DNA of 64,000 nucleotides from the IMG/VR virus record IMGVR_UViG_3300008117_000011, positions 124,001-188,000 of that record; one strand, 5' to 3'. The first letter of the stretch is position 1; every line of letters starts with the position of its first letter. Positions 45,451-55,016 of the stretch are shown piece after piece. The notes under the pieces were generated by a model. That model was not told the DNA's origin. It worked only from the letters and a program-made list of their open reading frames with translations, and did not search any database. The position numbers and the translations under genes are program-made.

Positions 45451-47194
45451 CTTTGTTTAATGTTGTATTTGTACCTCCTCCCATTTCTTGAAAATTACTA
45501 TATGGGTCGGTTGTTGATCCACCGATTCCGAACTCTTTTGCTTTTTCGGCAATATAATCATATGTACCACCAAAAATATCTTTAATATTTTTACCTAAAT
45601 TATCTATCATATTTTGTGCTCCAGTAAAATCAAAATTAGTTAAATCAAAACTACTTAAACTTGTCATAACGTTACTTAAGTCTGTCACAAGAGTTTTTGC
45701 CACATTTGCCAAAACTTCAGTACCTTTTTCGCCACCAAATTTCCTCCAGGTTTCAGTTTCGGTGTACATAGGTGTAACAAAACCTTCAGTACCTAATCTT
45801 TTATCACCAAAAAGTTTTTCTCTAGTGGTTGTTGTTGCAAAATCATAACCAGCAAGAACATCTTTTTTTGTTGCAATTCCCATTCCAATTGCTTCAACTA
45901 AAGATTTAAAATTTGCATTTAATTTTGTTTGTTCACTTAATTGGTCAAAGGCAATTTCTTCCATTGATTTGCCTCGTAGTTCTTGATCTTTTTTGATGTT
46001 TTCAAGTTCTTTCACTGTGAGTTGTGAAGCTTCAACTGTTCTATATTCACCAGTTCTATTACCTTCTGCGTCTAATTTTGCAACTTTGATTTCAGCAACA
46101 CCTTGTGCGTTTACTTCAGCTAAAGTTGCGATAAGTTCTCTATCTTCTTTTGATGCAATACTTGATGGGAATCTAATTTGTTTCATTTTCATATCAAGAT
46201 TAGCGGCGTTAAGGGCCATTTTTTGAATTGCCCCATCAGCTAGTCCAAGTTCTTTTCCGATTTCATTTAATCTTCTTTTTTCACCTGGCATAATTTCAAA
46301 TTGGCCTAATTCTTTGTTAAAACGAACAAAATCTTTTGACATATTAACAATTTGATTTTGAAGTTCTGTTGGGTCATTTTGAGATAGATCCATCAATCGT
46401 AATGGGTCTAAAAGAGCGTTTGCTGAAACCCCTAGTCTTTGCATTGCTGCAGCAGTTTCTATAGCACCTTTAGGGTCAAATACTTTATCTACAATTGTAA
46501 ATATTTGTGACATATCAATTCCCAATTTTGAGGCTTGCGCTGACATTTTTGCGAGGCCTTTAACGCCACCCTCAAAATTATAGATATTCATTTTATCTAG
46601 ATTTTTGACGACTTGTTCGGATACTGCCGAAACTGAAACACCTGCCTGTCTTGCGATTTCTGCAACCTGTGTCATATTTTCACCAACTTCTTGAATACTA
46701 ATACCAACACCTCTAAATCCACCAGCTAAATCCTTTGCATTAATATTAGTTACTTTTGCTGTCGCACCAAGTTCAAGTAAATCTTGATCAGATACTGAAA
46801 TATCAGTTTTAAATGTATCAGCTAGAGCTTGATATGTCTTTCCAACGTCAGCAGTCTCAAGACCTATTGATGCAAATTTAGACGCACCATCTGCAATTAA
46901 TTTTTTAAATTCATCAACTTTTTGTGAACCTAAACCAATAAAACCTCTTAATCTAGCTTGTTCATCATCTAAAAATCTAGATGTTTTTAGAATACCAGAA
47001 GTACTAACAAGGGCATTACCAATATCAGCAAAATATTGTGATGCCTCCTTTAAACCATCTCTACCTTTGGCAATATTAGCATAGAAACCTTCAGTAAATG
47101 ATTTTGTTAGTATATCACCTTTTATTCCTGCCGAATCACCGGTACCAGATTTACCTTCAACATCAGAACCTTCTGTACTTTGGAACATTAACAT
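45428..47194 (-). CDS. Tape-measure-like protein (N-terminal 588 aa, premature TGA)
   Basis: Ala/Gly/Lys-rich, helical-looking sequence directly downstream of the tail chaperone and tube genes. Confidence 0.7.
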   Translation of the reverse strand: MLMFQSTEGSDVEGKSGTGDSAGIKGDILTKSFTEGFYANIAKGRDGLKEASQYFADIGNALVSTSGILKTSRFLDDEQARLRGFIGLGSQKVDEFKKLIADGASKFASIGLETADVGKTYQALADTFKTDISVSDQDLLELGATAKVTNINAKDLAGGFRGVGISIQEVGENMTQVAEIARQAGVSVSAVSEQVVKNLDKMNIYNFEGGVKGLAKMSAQASKLGIDMSQIFTIVDKVFDPKGAIETAAAMQRLGVSANALLDPLRLMDLSQNDPTELQNQIVNMSKDFVRFNKELGQFEIMPGEKRRLNEIGKELGLADGAIQKMALNAANLDMKMKQIRFPSSIASKEDRELIATLAEVNAQGVAEIKVAKLDAEGNRTGEYRTVEASQLTVKELENIKKDQELRGKSMEEIAFDQLSEQTKLNANFKSLVEAIGMGIATKKDVLAGYDFATTTTREKLFGDKRLGTEGFVTPMYTETETWRKFGGEKGTEVLANVAKTLVTDLSNVMTSLSSFDLTNFDFTGAQNMIDNLGKNIKDIFGGTYDYIAEKAKEFGIGGSTTDPYSNFQEMGGGTNTTLNKVEQKISS

Positions 47195-47219
47195 TTTTTA
47201 TTTTATAAATACTTTCTTA

Positions 47220-47369
47220 TCATTTTTTATCTTCAAGTAACTTGTCAATGGTATACTTTCTAAAATAGGTGGGCATTATCAAATAATCACTATATGATAG
47301 ATGAAGCATTTTTGCTAAAAAAATGTATTCGTCAATAATAATTTTTCTATACTCAGAAGAAAGGCCGAA
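47220..47369 (-). CDS. Frameshift extension of the tail assembly chaperone (gpGT-like 'T' frame)
   Basis: +1/-2 frame overlapping the end of 47353..48117: FGLSSEYRKIIIDEYIFLAKMLHLSYSDYLIMPTYFRKYTIDKLLEDKK*. Slippery GAA TTT TTT CGG at 47376-47365. Confidence 0.72.
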   Translation of the reverse strand, partial: FGLSSEYRKIIIDEYIFLAKMLHLSYSDYLIMPTYFRKYTIDKLLEDKK

Positions 47370-48117
47370 AAAATTCAACCCCAAAAGTAATGTTTACCAT
47401 TACTCTTTCTCCAGACGGGGCTATAACTTCTTTGTTTAAATCTAATCTTGGTTCATTGTTTACCAAAAATGATCTTATATATTTAGAATCCATTATAGGC
47501 ATTGACTCAACAAATTTTCCAATTTCAGATCTGTCTTGTGATCCGTTTATTTCAACAATTTGTTTGGCAAGTCTTAATGTTATAATTGGTGCTGTTCTTC
47601 CTTGAGGGTATGAATCAACAATACTTTCAATTTCAAGCGAATCCCTAAGTGTTAAAAGTTTTAATTTAACAGTCGCCTTACTTCTTGGTAAAGTTGTTGT
47701 AAATGTACCATCAGTATCTGGTTGTGCTTCACATTTTTTGATATCCATCTCATCTAGTAAAATTGATGATTCAAATTTTTTCTCAGTTTTTGGGTCAATA
47801 AGTGTTACTTTATATTCCGGACCAAAAGATGTGTTTCTTAAAAATAAAAGTATTGCTTCAATATCACCATCAAGCAAATCTTCCGGACGAAGATCTGGTT
47901 CGTAAAGTTTATTTCTTAATAGTGGTAATACAATTGTTTCTTTAATTGTTTTATTACCCTCAATATTAAGTAATATATTCTCATCGCTTGCGGTTAAATA
48001 ACCCACTTTAACTGATTTCTTTTTTGATGGGTAAAAAATACCACCTGATGGTAATGGTACAACATCGTGTGGTAAGTTAAAATTCATTTGTCCAGCATCA
48101 TTTACACTTATATCCAT
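47353..48117 (-). CDS. Tail/baseplate-hub assembly chaperone (T4 gp26-like)
   Basis: VPLPSGGIFYP...LTASDENIL...DLLDGDIEAILLFLR...FGPEY, ending FGVEFFRPFF; lies between tube and tape measure. Confidence 0.78.
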   Translation of the reverse strand: MDISVNDAGQMNFNLPHDVVPLPSGGIFYPSKKKSVKVGYLTASDENILLNIEGNKTIKETIVLPLLRNKLYEPDLRPEDLLDGDIEAILLFLRNTSFGPEYKVTLIDPKTEKKFESSILLDEMDIKKCEAQPDTDGTFTTTLPRSKATVKLKLLTLRDSLEIESIVDSYPQGRTAPIITLRLAKQIVEINGSQDRSEIGKFVESMPIMDSKYIRSFLVNNEPRLDLNKEVIAPSGERVMVNITFGVEFFRPFF

Positions 48118-48161
48118 AACTTTTTTATTATAAAAATACTTGACTTATGTTTTTTGTAAAT

Positions 48162-48191
48162 AAAAAATCCCATACTTGAAATATGGGATTA
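48162..48191 (-). terminator. Intrinsic terminator after the tail tube gene
   Basis: Minus strand AATCCCATAT-TTCAA-GTATGGGATT followed by a T run. Confidence 0.8.
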
Positions 48192-48212
48192 GTAAAAATA
48201 TGTAAAAAATAA

Positions 48213-48701
48213 TTAGTACACGAGTATACAACGATCCATTCGTAAACCACAAGTAATATCAGCAAGTGCATCTTGACTATAAGATAATGTACCAAAGTTA
48301 GCTGAAGTTAAAAATGTTCCTTCTAGAATCCACTTCTCAACAACAACACCTGTTGGATCTAACATCTCAAGGTCAACATTTTTCTTATATCCTGCAGCAT
48401 AACCCATACGACCAGTTACTGATTCAGCACATAAACGAACCCATTCCATAAGTGCTTGTGAGGCTGATGGTCCAATTGGGTCACGGAATTTAACTGAAAT
48501 TTCATCCCAAGTAAATCTACCTGCAACATATGTTGAGGTGTTTAGGAACTGAATCTCAGTTGGGTTTATTTTTATTGAAGGCCGAGACGCACTTTCTACA
48601 TACCATTCATTTATACCCAAACTTGATGGAAATCTCAAGATAAACCTGTTCTGTCGTTTGGGCTCATACGGAACCGGCATCTTCATTAATAAATCAGCCA
48701 T
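48213..48701 (-). CDS. Tail tube protein (gp19-like)
   Basis: EPKRQNRF...SASRPSI...YVAGRFTWDEISVKFRD...LMEW...LEMLDPTGVVVEKWILEGTF. Confidence 0.9.
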   Translation of the reverse strand: MADLLMKMPVPYEPKRQNRFILRFPSSLGINEWYVESASRPSIKINPTEIQFLNTSTYVAGRFTWDEISVKFRDPIGPSASQALMEWVRLCAESVTGRMGYAAGYKKNVDLEMLDPTGVVVEKWILEGTFLTSANFGTLSYSQDALADITCGLRMDRCILVY

Positions 48702-48766
48702 AGTTTTTTAATTTTTAATTATGTTTATTTTTTATTATAAATATATCCGTAATAAATTTTTTCTAT

Positions 48767-49720
48767 TTACTTTGATTTAATTTTGGATACAATTCTATTA
48801 ATTAAGTTCTCTATTATTATTCCTTCATTTAATTCCTCTTCTTTATTATCAGTTTCTATATGAATTTTTGTATATCCTCCTTCTGAAGTATCTTGAATTA
48901 TAAATTTAACTTCTGGATACATCCTTGATAATTCATTTCTTACAAATTCTATCATAGCTTTAACATTCCTTGGGTCATCGTCTGAAAACCCTAATGAAGC
49001 ACTAACATATTTGCCACTTCTAATTAAGTCGTCATATTTTGAAATAAAGTCCGCGAGGGCCACCTTTTTGTTATGTTCAGGGTTTGCCGCACCACCACTA
49101 ACTTCTAAACCAAATCTTTCTCCAAACTCCGGAGATGAAACCGGGTAGTAATCCCCTTTTTCGTCAAGATATAAATCAAGAATTTGATTTTTATCCAAAT
49201 ACTCTAATTTTTCAATAAAATCATCACTAAATTCATTTTCGTGTTTTAAAGTGTCAATAATATTTTCTAACATTTTTTCTTTTTCTTCTGGTGACAATAC
49301 TAAATGAATAAACATTTTAACACCCTTTTTAAGTACTTCTGGGTTGTGACCTCTAGCTGTAATAATTGAAAATGGATTAGCGTAAATTAAACTTTCTTTA
49401 AATTTGTTAAAACTTGGGGATTTTTTATTTTTAAGTATTGCCTCTTTTGAGTCTCTTAAAAAAGTGTCCGGTAATGTAAAATCAATAAAAGCCTCTTTTG
49501 GGTTGTTATTTCTTACTCTATAATCTGGTTCTGTTCTAATCTCCGCAAATTTTTCAGTTGACACCTCAATTGGTTTCCATCTTTTACCAACTTTTTGATC
49601 CATTTTGATTTTGGTCGGCATTTGTAAAATATTATCGTCCCAGTCAAAAGCATAGAGTCTTAACTTTCTATTGCTTTTCATCTCTAAAAGAATTTCTCTA
49701 ACTAATTTTTTGTGATTCAT
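48767..49720 (-). CDS. HAD-superfamily hydrolase-like protein
   Basis: Motif I AFDWDDNI, motif II IITARG, conserved Lys (EHNKK), motif IV GFSDDD. Confidence 0.75.
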   Translation of the reverse strand: MNHKKLVREILLEMKSNRKLRLYAFDWDDNILQMPTKIKMDQKVGKRWKPIEVSTEKFAEIRTEPDYRVRNNNPKEAFIDFTLPDTFLRDSKEAILKNKKSPSFNKFKESLIYANPFSIITARGHNPEVLKKGVKMFIHLVLSPEEKEKMLENIIDTLKHENEFSDDFIEKLEYLDKNQILDLYLDEKGDYYPVSSPEFGERFGLEVSGGAANPEHNKKVALADFISKYDDLIRSGKYVSASLGFSDDDPRNVKAMIEFVRNELSRMYPEVKFIIQDTSEGGYTKIHIETDNKEEELNEGIIIENLINRIVSKIKSK

Positions 49721-49741
49721 AATAATAAATATTATATAAAT

Positions 49742-49772
49742 AAAAAAAGGGAGAACTTGTCCCCCTTTTTCC
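49742..49772 (-). terminator. Intrinsic terminator after the tail sheath gene
   Basis: Minus strand AAAAAGGGGGAC-AA-GTTCTCCCTTTTTTT. Confidence 0.75.
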
Positions 49773-49786
49773 TTATTCTATTTTTA

Positions 49787-52700
49787 TCACACATCCTCAA
49801 ACGAAGCACCTGTTGGTGTGATGTAGAAGGTAATGTCAATAAATTCAAGAGATTTTGTAGGTTTGATATAGATTTTACCAACAAGTTGGTTTTTATCTAA
49901 ATCTTCTGTACTATTAGAAACTGTTACTCTAAAGTCATACAAACCTCTATCTCTTCTAATTGCATCAAGAATTGGGTTAACCGCATTCAAGAAGTCCTGT
50001 CTTACTTGTTGATCATTTTGATCAAACAATAGCCTTACAGAAACCGCAGAAATCAACTTACGAGCTTGTAGTAACAATCTTCTTACGTTAATTCTGTCAA
50101 GAGCAGATTCTCTTACTTGTAGAGTTTTGTTACCCCAGATTACAGTACCAACATCAGAGAAAGTTGCAATTGGGTTAATTCTACCAAGGTAAAGAACATC
50201 TCTATCTTCTTGTGTCAACTTCTTACGAGCTTTAACCGCATTAACAATACCACGAGTATAACCAGCGGCCGCAAACCAAGGGAATGCAATGTTATCAGTT
50301 AACGCCAAGTTTCTTGTAACTTCAGCTGTTGGTGGTATGTAGATTTGTGTATTATTCACAGTATCTCTTGTTAATACCCAAGGATAATAAGTTGCTGTGT
50401 AGTTAGAATCAATTCCTGTTTCTTCTAACAAGTCAACAGCTTCTTGTGGGTAAATTAAACCATCAGATTCAGTTGTTGTTGCTTGGAACATATTAAAGTC
50501 TGGCATTGTTGTTACATAAAGTGAGTCAGCTCTTTCGTTCTCAATCATATCAATTGTACCCTCAACAAGACCGGAGTTATTGTAAAGATCAATACCCGGT
50601 GTTGTAAATACATTGATGTTAACAGCTTCAGGATTTGCAAATGTTCTAATACCTAACATATAAGCATAGTAATCTGTGTTACCGTATTCCACACTACCAT
50701 CACCGATAGATATTTGTTTGAATAGTCCGTTTCCAGTACCATTAGGGTATCTTGTTGATGTGCACGCTCCTTTTAAGAAACCAGATCTACCAAGAGTAAA
50801 CTTATCTGCGTTTGTTCTATATTCTCTATAGATGTCCCATCCGTCAAATCCACCATAAACAAATACTGTGAATTTTCTTGAGTTTAATCTGTAGTAAGGA
50901 TTCTCAGGGTCAGTTGGTTCAGAAGAGAATGATGTATTACCAACCTCAAACGCTGGAGTTCCAGATGATGCGTAAACACTTGAAATTGTTACAGCACTAG
51001 CGAATTGGTCCATATGGTATCCTTTTGTTTGGAAATCCCATTCAACACCTTCACCAGTACAAAGATTAAGAGGTCGTCTTTTTCCTTTATATTGGAAGAA
51101 ATCACTATCGTAACCCCAGAATGATGAAAGTCCAAGATATGTTCTTCTTACGTTATCCCCAGGACTTGTAAATACATCGTCAATTCCGTTAGATAATCCA
51201 AATGGTGGGTTATAAACAACTTCACCAGGTATATCATATTTAGTTTTGTAAACTGGGAATGGAGATGTTACTCCCGGATATTCTCTAAATGTATAACCTC
51301 TAAATCCACAAGGAAGAGCGTCAATTGGTGCGTCCTCATTCATCTCTATTAAAATGTATTTAGAATTCAACACGTATTCACCATCAAGAGTTCCTACTTT
51401 TTTAGCGATGAAATTATTTTCTTGTGGGTTCATAGAACAATTTGTGAACTTTTCAAGAACTGTTGGGTTAGCATCACTATCAAAATAATCTCTAATCAAT
51501 AATGTGAATGTTAAATTATTAAATGAAATATCAGAAATTGACACTTTAATTTCAGTGTTTGCTGAATTACCATCAGAAATGCTATAAACTTTAAATAAGT
51601 TGAATACTTTATTACCTCTAACTTCAGAAACAACCCAAGGTGTTACAGGGGACTGGAATCTATCTAAATACCATCCAATTGTATTAGGGTCATTTGCTTG
51701 AGCTTCTTCTGTTGTTACAAGTTCAGAACTTAATCCTCTAATAAATCCTTTATTCCATCCATAACTTAAAAGAGTTTGGAAATTTTCTTCAACCATAAGT
51801 GGTGTTTGTAATCTTGGTTTACCAAAGTTACTTTTCCCAAATACTTTATTGATATTTTTAGAGTCGTTTGAAGACAATGAAACCTCAAAGTCAAAATCAG
51901 TACCAACTTTATTTGTCGCATTGATTGCAAATTTAGCGAAAGGATTTTTCTTAACTGAAGAATAAACACCTGTCATATCTAAAGTAACATCAGTAACACC
52001 AGTGATTTCGTAAACTGGGTTAACATCAGTACTATAAGTTGAGATACCTCTTGATCTTAAAGTTACAACAACTAAGTCATCATATTCAGTGTATGATGTT
52101 CCAGTGTAATAATAGATAACACCAGTAACATTACCAGAATAGCACTCATTTACAATTGGGGCTGTTGGTGTTGGCGTTGGTGGAACTGGAGTTAAAGTAA
52201 CACAAGGATCTGGTGTTGGTGTTGGCGTTGGTGCCGCACTTGTTGTTGTGGTTGTAACCGGTGTTATATTTGTTAAATCCGTTACTGTTGTAAAGAATGA
52301 ATAACCAGTATAAAGACCTGAACCAACATTGTCCATAAGGGCATAATACCAAGCATCGTTAAGTGGTGATGAAGTGTCTAAAGATTCAAAAGGAATTGAC
52401 TCAACACCAAAAACATTTGTTTCTTGTGTATATCCTGTTGTACTTAAATATGTGTAATCACTTTCTGGTATAGCACCAAAATAGTAAACAACCTCATCTT
52501 CCGCAGTTGATGGGTTACTACTTGTTATCACATCTGAGACCATTAAACTAATTTGGTCATCAAGAGTTGTGATGTCACCATCTAACTCTTCATATTCCTC
52601 AGTCAACATACTTTCAATGTCAGACGGAAAAGCACCTAAGAATAATACGTTAGTTGGATTGAGTGTACAAGCACTAAAAGGAATTGAGAATGACAATTCT

Positions 52701-53122
52701 TTTTTAACAACACATACTGGTTCACAATCAACTGTTACACCACTTAAACAAAAATAATCCAATGTTTTAGGATCTAAGTTAGCTTTAGTTACAATTGACC
52801 AAGATGGACCCGCATCATATCCGGATAATCCTAATATTCTTGTTACAAATAATTGATTTGATTGTTGTAAATATGACTTAGCAATATATGCCGCTTCATA
52901 TTTAGGGATTTGTGTATTTACAAATTTTTCTGGTGAAGTTCCACCGAAATAAACTTGGAATTCGTCGTAGTTCTTAACAAAGATTGGTTCAAATGCTGGA
53001 CCCCTTAAAGTCTCACCGGCAATACCTAATGTGGTAACACCAACACTTTGTGCAACGAAACTCAAATCTACTTCAGAAGTGTACACACCTGGTGATACAA
53101 AAACTTTACTGTTAGTAGCCAT
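49787..53122 (-). CDS. Contractile tail sheath protein (gp18-like) with large inserted domain
   Basis: FVSPGVYTSEVD N-terminus; YYPWV, WFAAAGYTRG, INPIATF...WGNKTL...LDRINVRRLL and IKPTKSLEFI. Confidence 0.95.
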   Translation of the reverse strand: MATNSKVFVSPGVYTSEVDLSFVAQSVGVTTLGIAGETLRGPAFEPIFVKNYDEFQVYFGGTSPEKFVNTQIPKYEAAYIAKSYLQQSNQLFVTRILGLSGYDAGPSWSIVTKANLDPKTLDYFCLSGVTVDCEPVCVVKKELSFSIPFSACTLNPTNVLFLGAFPSDIESMLTEEYEELDGDITTLDDQISLMVSDVITSSNPSTAEDEVVYYFGAIPESDYTYLSTTGYTQETNVFGVESIPFESLDTSSPLNDAWYYALMDNVGSGLYTGYSFFTTVTDLTNITPVTTTTTSAAPTPTPTPDPCVTLTPVPPTPTPTAPIVNECYSGNVTGVIYYYTGTSYTEYDDLVVVTLRSRGISTYSTDVNPVYEITGVTDVTLDMTGVYSSVKKNPFAKFAINATNKVGTDFDFEVSLSSNDSKNINKVFGKSNFGKPRLQTPLMVEENFQTLLSYGWNKGFIRGLSSELVTTEEAQANDPNTIGWYLDRFQSPVTPWVVSEVRGNKVFNLFKVYSISDGNSANTEIKVSISDISFNNLTFTLLIRDYFDSDANPTVLEKFTNCSMNPQENNFIAKKVGTLDGEYVLNSKYILIEMNEDAPIDALPCGFRGYTFREYPGVTSPFPVYKTKYDIPGEVVYNPPFGLSNGIDDVFTSPGDNVRRTYLGLSSFWGYDSDFFQYKGKRRPLNLCTGEGVEWDFQTKGYHMDQFASAVTISSVYASSGTPAFEVGNTSFSSEPTDPENPYYRLNSRKFTVFVYGGFDGWDIYREYRTNADKFTLGRSGFLKGACTSTRYPNGTGNGLFKQISIGDGSVEYGNTDYYAYMLGIRTFANPEAVNINVFTTPGIDLYNNSGLVEGTIDMIENERADSLYVTTMPDFNMFQATTTESDGLIYPQEAVDLLEETGIDSNYTATYYPWVLTRDTVNNTQIYIPPTAEVTRNLALTDNIAFPWFAAAGYTRGIVNAVKARKKLTQEDRDVLYLGRINPIATFSDVGTVIWGNKTLQVRESALDRINVRRLLLQARKLISAVSVRLLFDQNDQQVRQDFLNAVNPILDAIRRDRGLYDFRVTVSNSTEDLDKNQLVGKIYIKPTKSLEFIDITFYITPTGASFEDV

Positions 53123-53219
53123 AGTTTTAAAAATGTTTTATTAATTTATTTTAATAATAAATATTAGTAATTTTCGTAAAAACTTTACTTCTTATAAACT
53201 ATTTATATTTTGGTAAGAA

Positions 53220-53241
53220 TTTTTTCTACCTTTTTTCTACC
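53220..53241 (+). repeat. 11-bp tandem direct repeat TTTTTTCTACC x2, candidate operator
   Basis: 53220-53230 and 53231-53241, ending one base before the ATG at 53243. Confidence 0.7.
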
Positions 53242-53242
53242 T

Positions 53243-53407
53243 ATGGAAAATAAGCCAAAAAAGATAAAAAATTTAAAGATTTCTGTTGAAGCTCATAACA
53301 CTCTAAAGAGTTATTGTGATAAACGTGGTATCAAAATGTATAAGTTTTTAGAGAACTTAATCTTTGAGAAATGTAAAGAAAAAAGAGATATCTACGGAGA
53401 GAATTAA
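53243..53407 (+). CDS. Small ribbon-helix-helix-like DNA-binding protein
   Basis: KNLKISVEAHNTLKSYCDKRGIKMYKFLENLI fits a beta-alpha-alpha pattern. ATG at 53243 preferred over the upstream start at 53210. Confidence 0.65.
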   Translation: MENKPKKIKNLKISVEAHNTLKSYCDKRGIKMYKFLENLIFEKCKEKRDIYGEN

Positions 53408-54441
53408 ATTAGTTGTTGCATGTATGTTATCTTTGCAACCTCAGTAGCATTTACCCTAACAATTTGTAATGATAAAGTATCGTTTGTATTGATTTGTATT
53501 TGACTAAGATTTTCACCATAATAATCACCATTAATATAAACTTGGAATGAACTTACATTTTCAGATGACATAAGTTCTAAATTAAATGTGTAGTTAATTA
53601 ACTCCTCAGTTTCATCGGTTGTTGTTGGGAATACAAATTCAAACACCTGTGGCTCCGGTGGATTTTCTTGTCGTTTCTTTCTTTTCTTATATGGAGTTTC
53701 AGTTTCAAATATTTGAAACGTCCTTGTAATTGCGGGACTTACCTCAAACTGATCCTCGTCAATTAAAAATCCCATCATTGTGAATTCATACTTTTGAATG
53801 TAGTATTTTCTTTTTTCAAGTTCCATCACCGATTCATCAGCAATACTATTAAGTTTTAATGGTATATAATGTCCTTTTATTGTTTGATAAGATTGTAATG
53901 ATGAAAATTTCTCAAGAATAATTTGATTAAATTTATTAATCTCTCTCATTCTATTACAAACAATTGCAACTGTATATGTAATGTCACAAGGAACCGGTTG
54001 TGGTATTTTATAAATGTCATACCCATTTTTATTTCCGTCCCAAGTTGGTACTTTCATATAAAAGTATAATTTTCTATTCGGAATATTATAAACTATCGCC
54101 GGATTATTTCCGTATTTGACCTCCGGAGTTCTAATTACTGTTATGAATGGTGGTTCTGTATTTTTATCAATGTTTTGGAAGTCCCAAGTCTCTGTAAATT
54201 GTGCCCAGTTTTGTGTTGTAATTAAAATATCAATCATTGGAATTGTTTTTCCCTCAACAACACAAGTTAGTTGGTCTCTTACAAAATCTAAAAACCCTCT
54301 ATCAAGATCTGCATGTAGTAAACTTTTAGGAAGAAATGTTCCATCGGCCTCAATCATATCACGAAGTTCTCTTCTTCTAGGTAAAAGAGTTTTTTCCTCC
54401 GTAAGTGGGATATATTTTTTTATTTTTTTAGGTAAAGCCAT
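53404..54441 (-). CDS. Tail terminator / sheath-stabiliser (gp15-like)
   Basis: PFITVIR...PQPVPCDITYTVAI...INKFNQIILEKF; adjacent to the sheath and neck genes. Confidence 0.65.
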   Translation of the reverse strand: MALPKKIKKYIPLTEEKTLLPRRRELRDMIEADGTFLPKSLLHADLDRGFLDFVRDQLTCVVEGKTIPMIDILITTQNWAQFTETWDFQNIDKNTEPPFITVIRTPEVKYGNNPAIVYNIPNRKLYFYMKVPTWDGNKNGYDIYKIPQPVPCDITYTVAIVCNRMREINKFNQIILEKFSSLQSYQTIKGHYIPLKLNSIADESVMELEKRKYYIQKYEFTMMGFLIDEDQFEVSPAITRTFQIFETETPYKKRKKRQENPPEPQVFEFVFPTTTDETEELINYTFNLELMSSENVSSFQVYINGDYYGENLSQIQINTNDTLSLQIVRVNATEVAKITYMQQLI

Positions 54442-54444
54442 TTA

Positions 54445-54957
54445 TTATAATCCTCTAAATTCATTAGGTCCAACAGGAGCCGCAGTGATACTTTTATAGA
54501 ATGGACGAATTCCTCTGTATGTGTGTTTAAAATCAGAAGTTACTCTACCATCATTTACAACAGTATAATATCTTACAAAATTTTCACTATCATAATATCC
54601 TATATAATCACCAAGATCAATATCAATCCCTAAATCTTCTAAAGTTTTTAGATAAACAGATATCGTAATGTTTCCGGGTTCAAGTTGTGCATTTTTTGTT
54701 GTTCCAACCGTTTTATTTTCTGGTGCCAATACTTGGATATACGCATTAAACTCAATTGGTGGCAAAAACTTTATACCATCTGAAACAGTTTCACCATACA
54801 CATCATCTGTTTTTGTTTTTAACCTATCAACTTTATATAACACACAAGTAAAATTTAAATCACCAATTAACCATTCTTGACCCATTTCTATTTCAAGATT
54901 AAAATCGGTATCCCCAAAAAATTTACCAAGTCTTGTTACAGGAATTCTATTTTCCAT
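54445..54957 (-). CDS. Neck/head-closure protein (gp14-like)
   Basis: DDVYGE...FLPPIEF...GDYIGY...YYTV pattern; position next to the gp15-like gene. Confidence 0.6.
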   Translation of the reverse strand: MENRIPVTRLGKFFGDTDFNLEIEMGQEWLIGDLNFTCVLYKVDRLKTKTDDVYGETVSDGIKFLPPIEFNAYIQVLAPENKTVGTTKNAQLEPGNITISVYLKTLEDLGIDIDLGDYIGYYDSENFVRYYTVVNDGRVTSDFKHTYRGIRPFYKSITAAPVGPNEFRGL

Positions 54958-55016
54958 ATTGATTATTTATTGATAAATATTCTTTTTTTGTTTATTTTTA
55001 TATATATTATTTAGTT

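Noticed and set aside
21249-54957. Bacterial contractile injection system or tailocin instead of a phage
   Set aside because: The tail genes are interleaved with neck proteins and a full phage replication set; no host housekeeping context.
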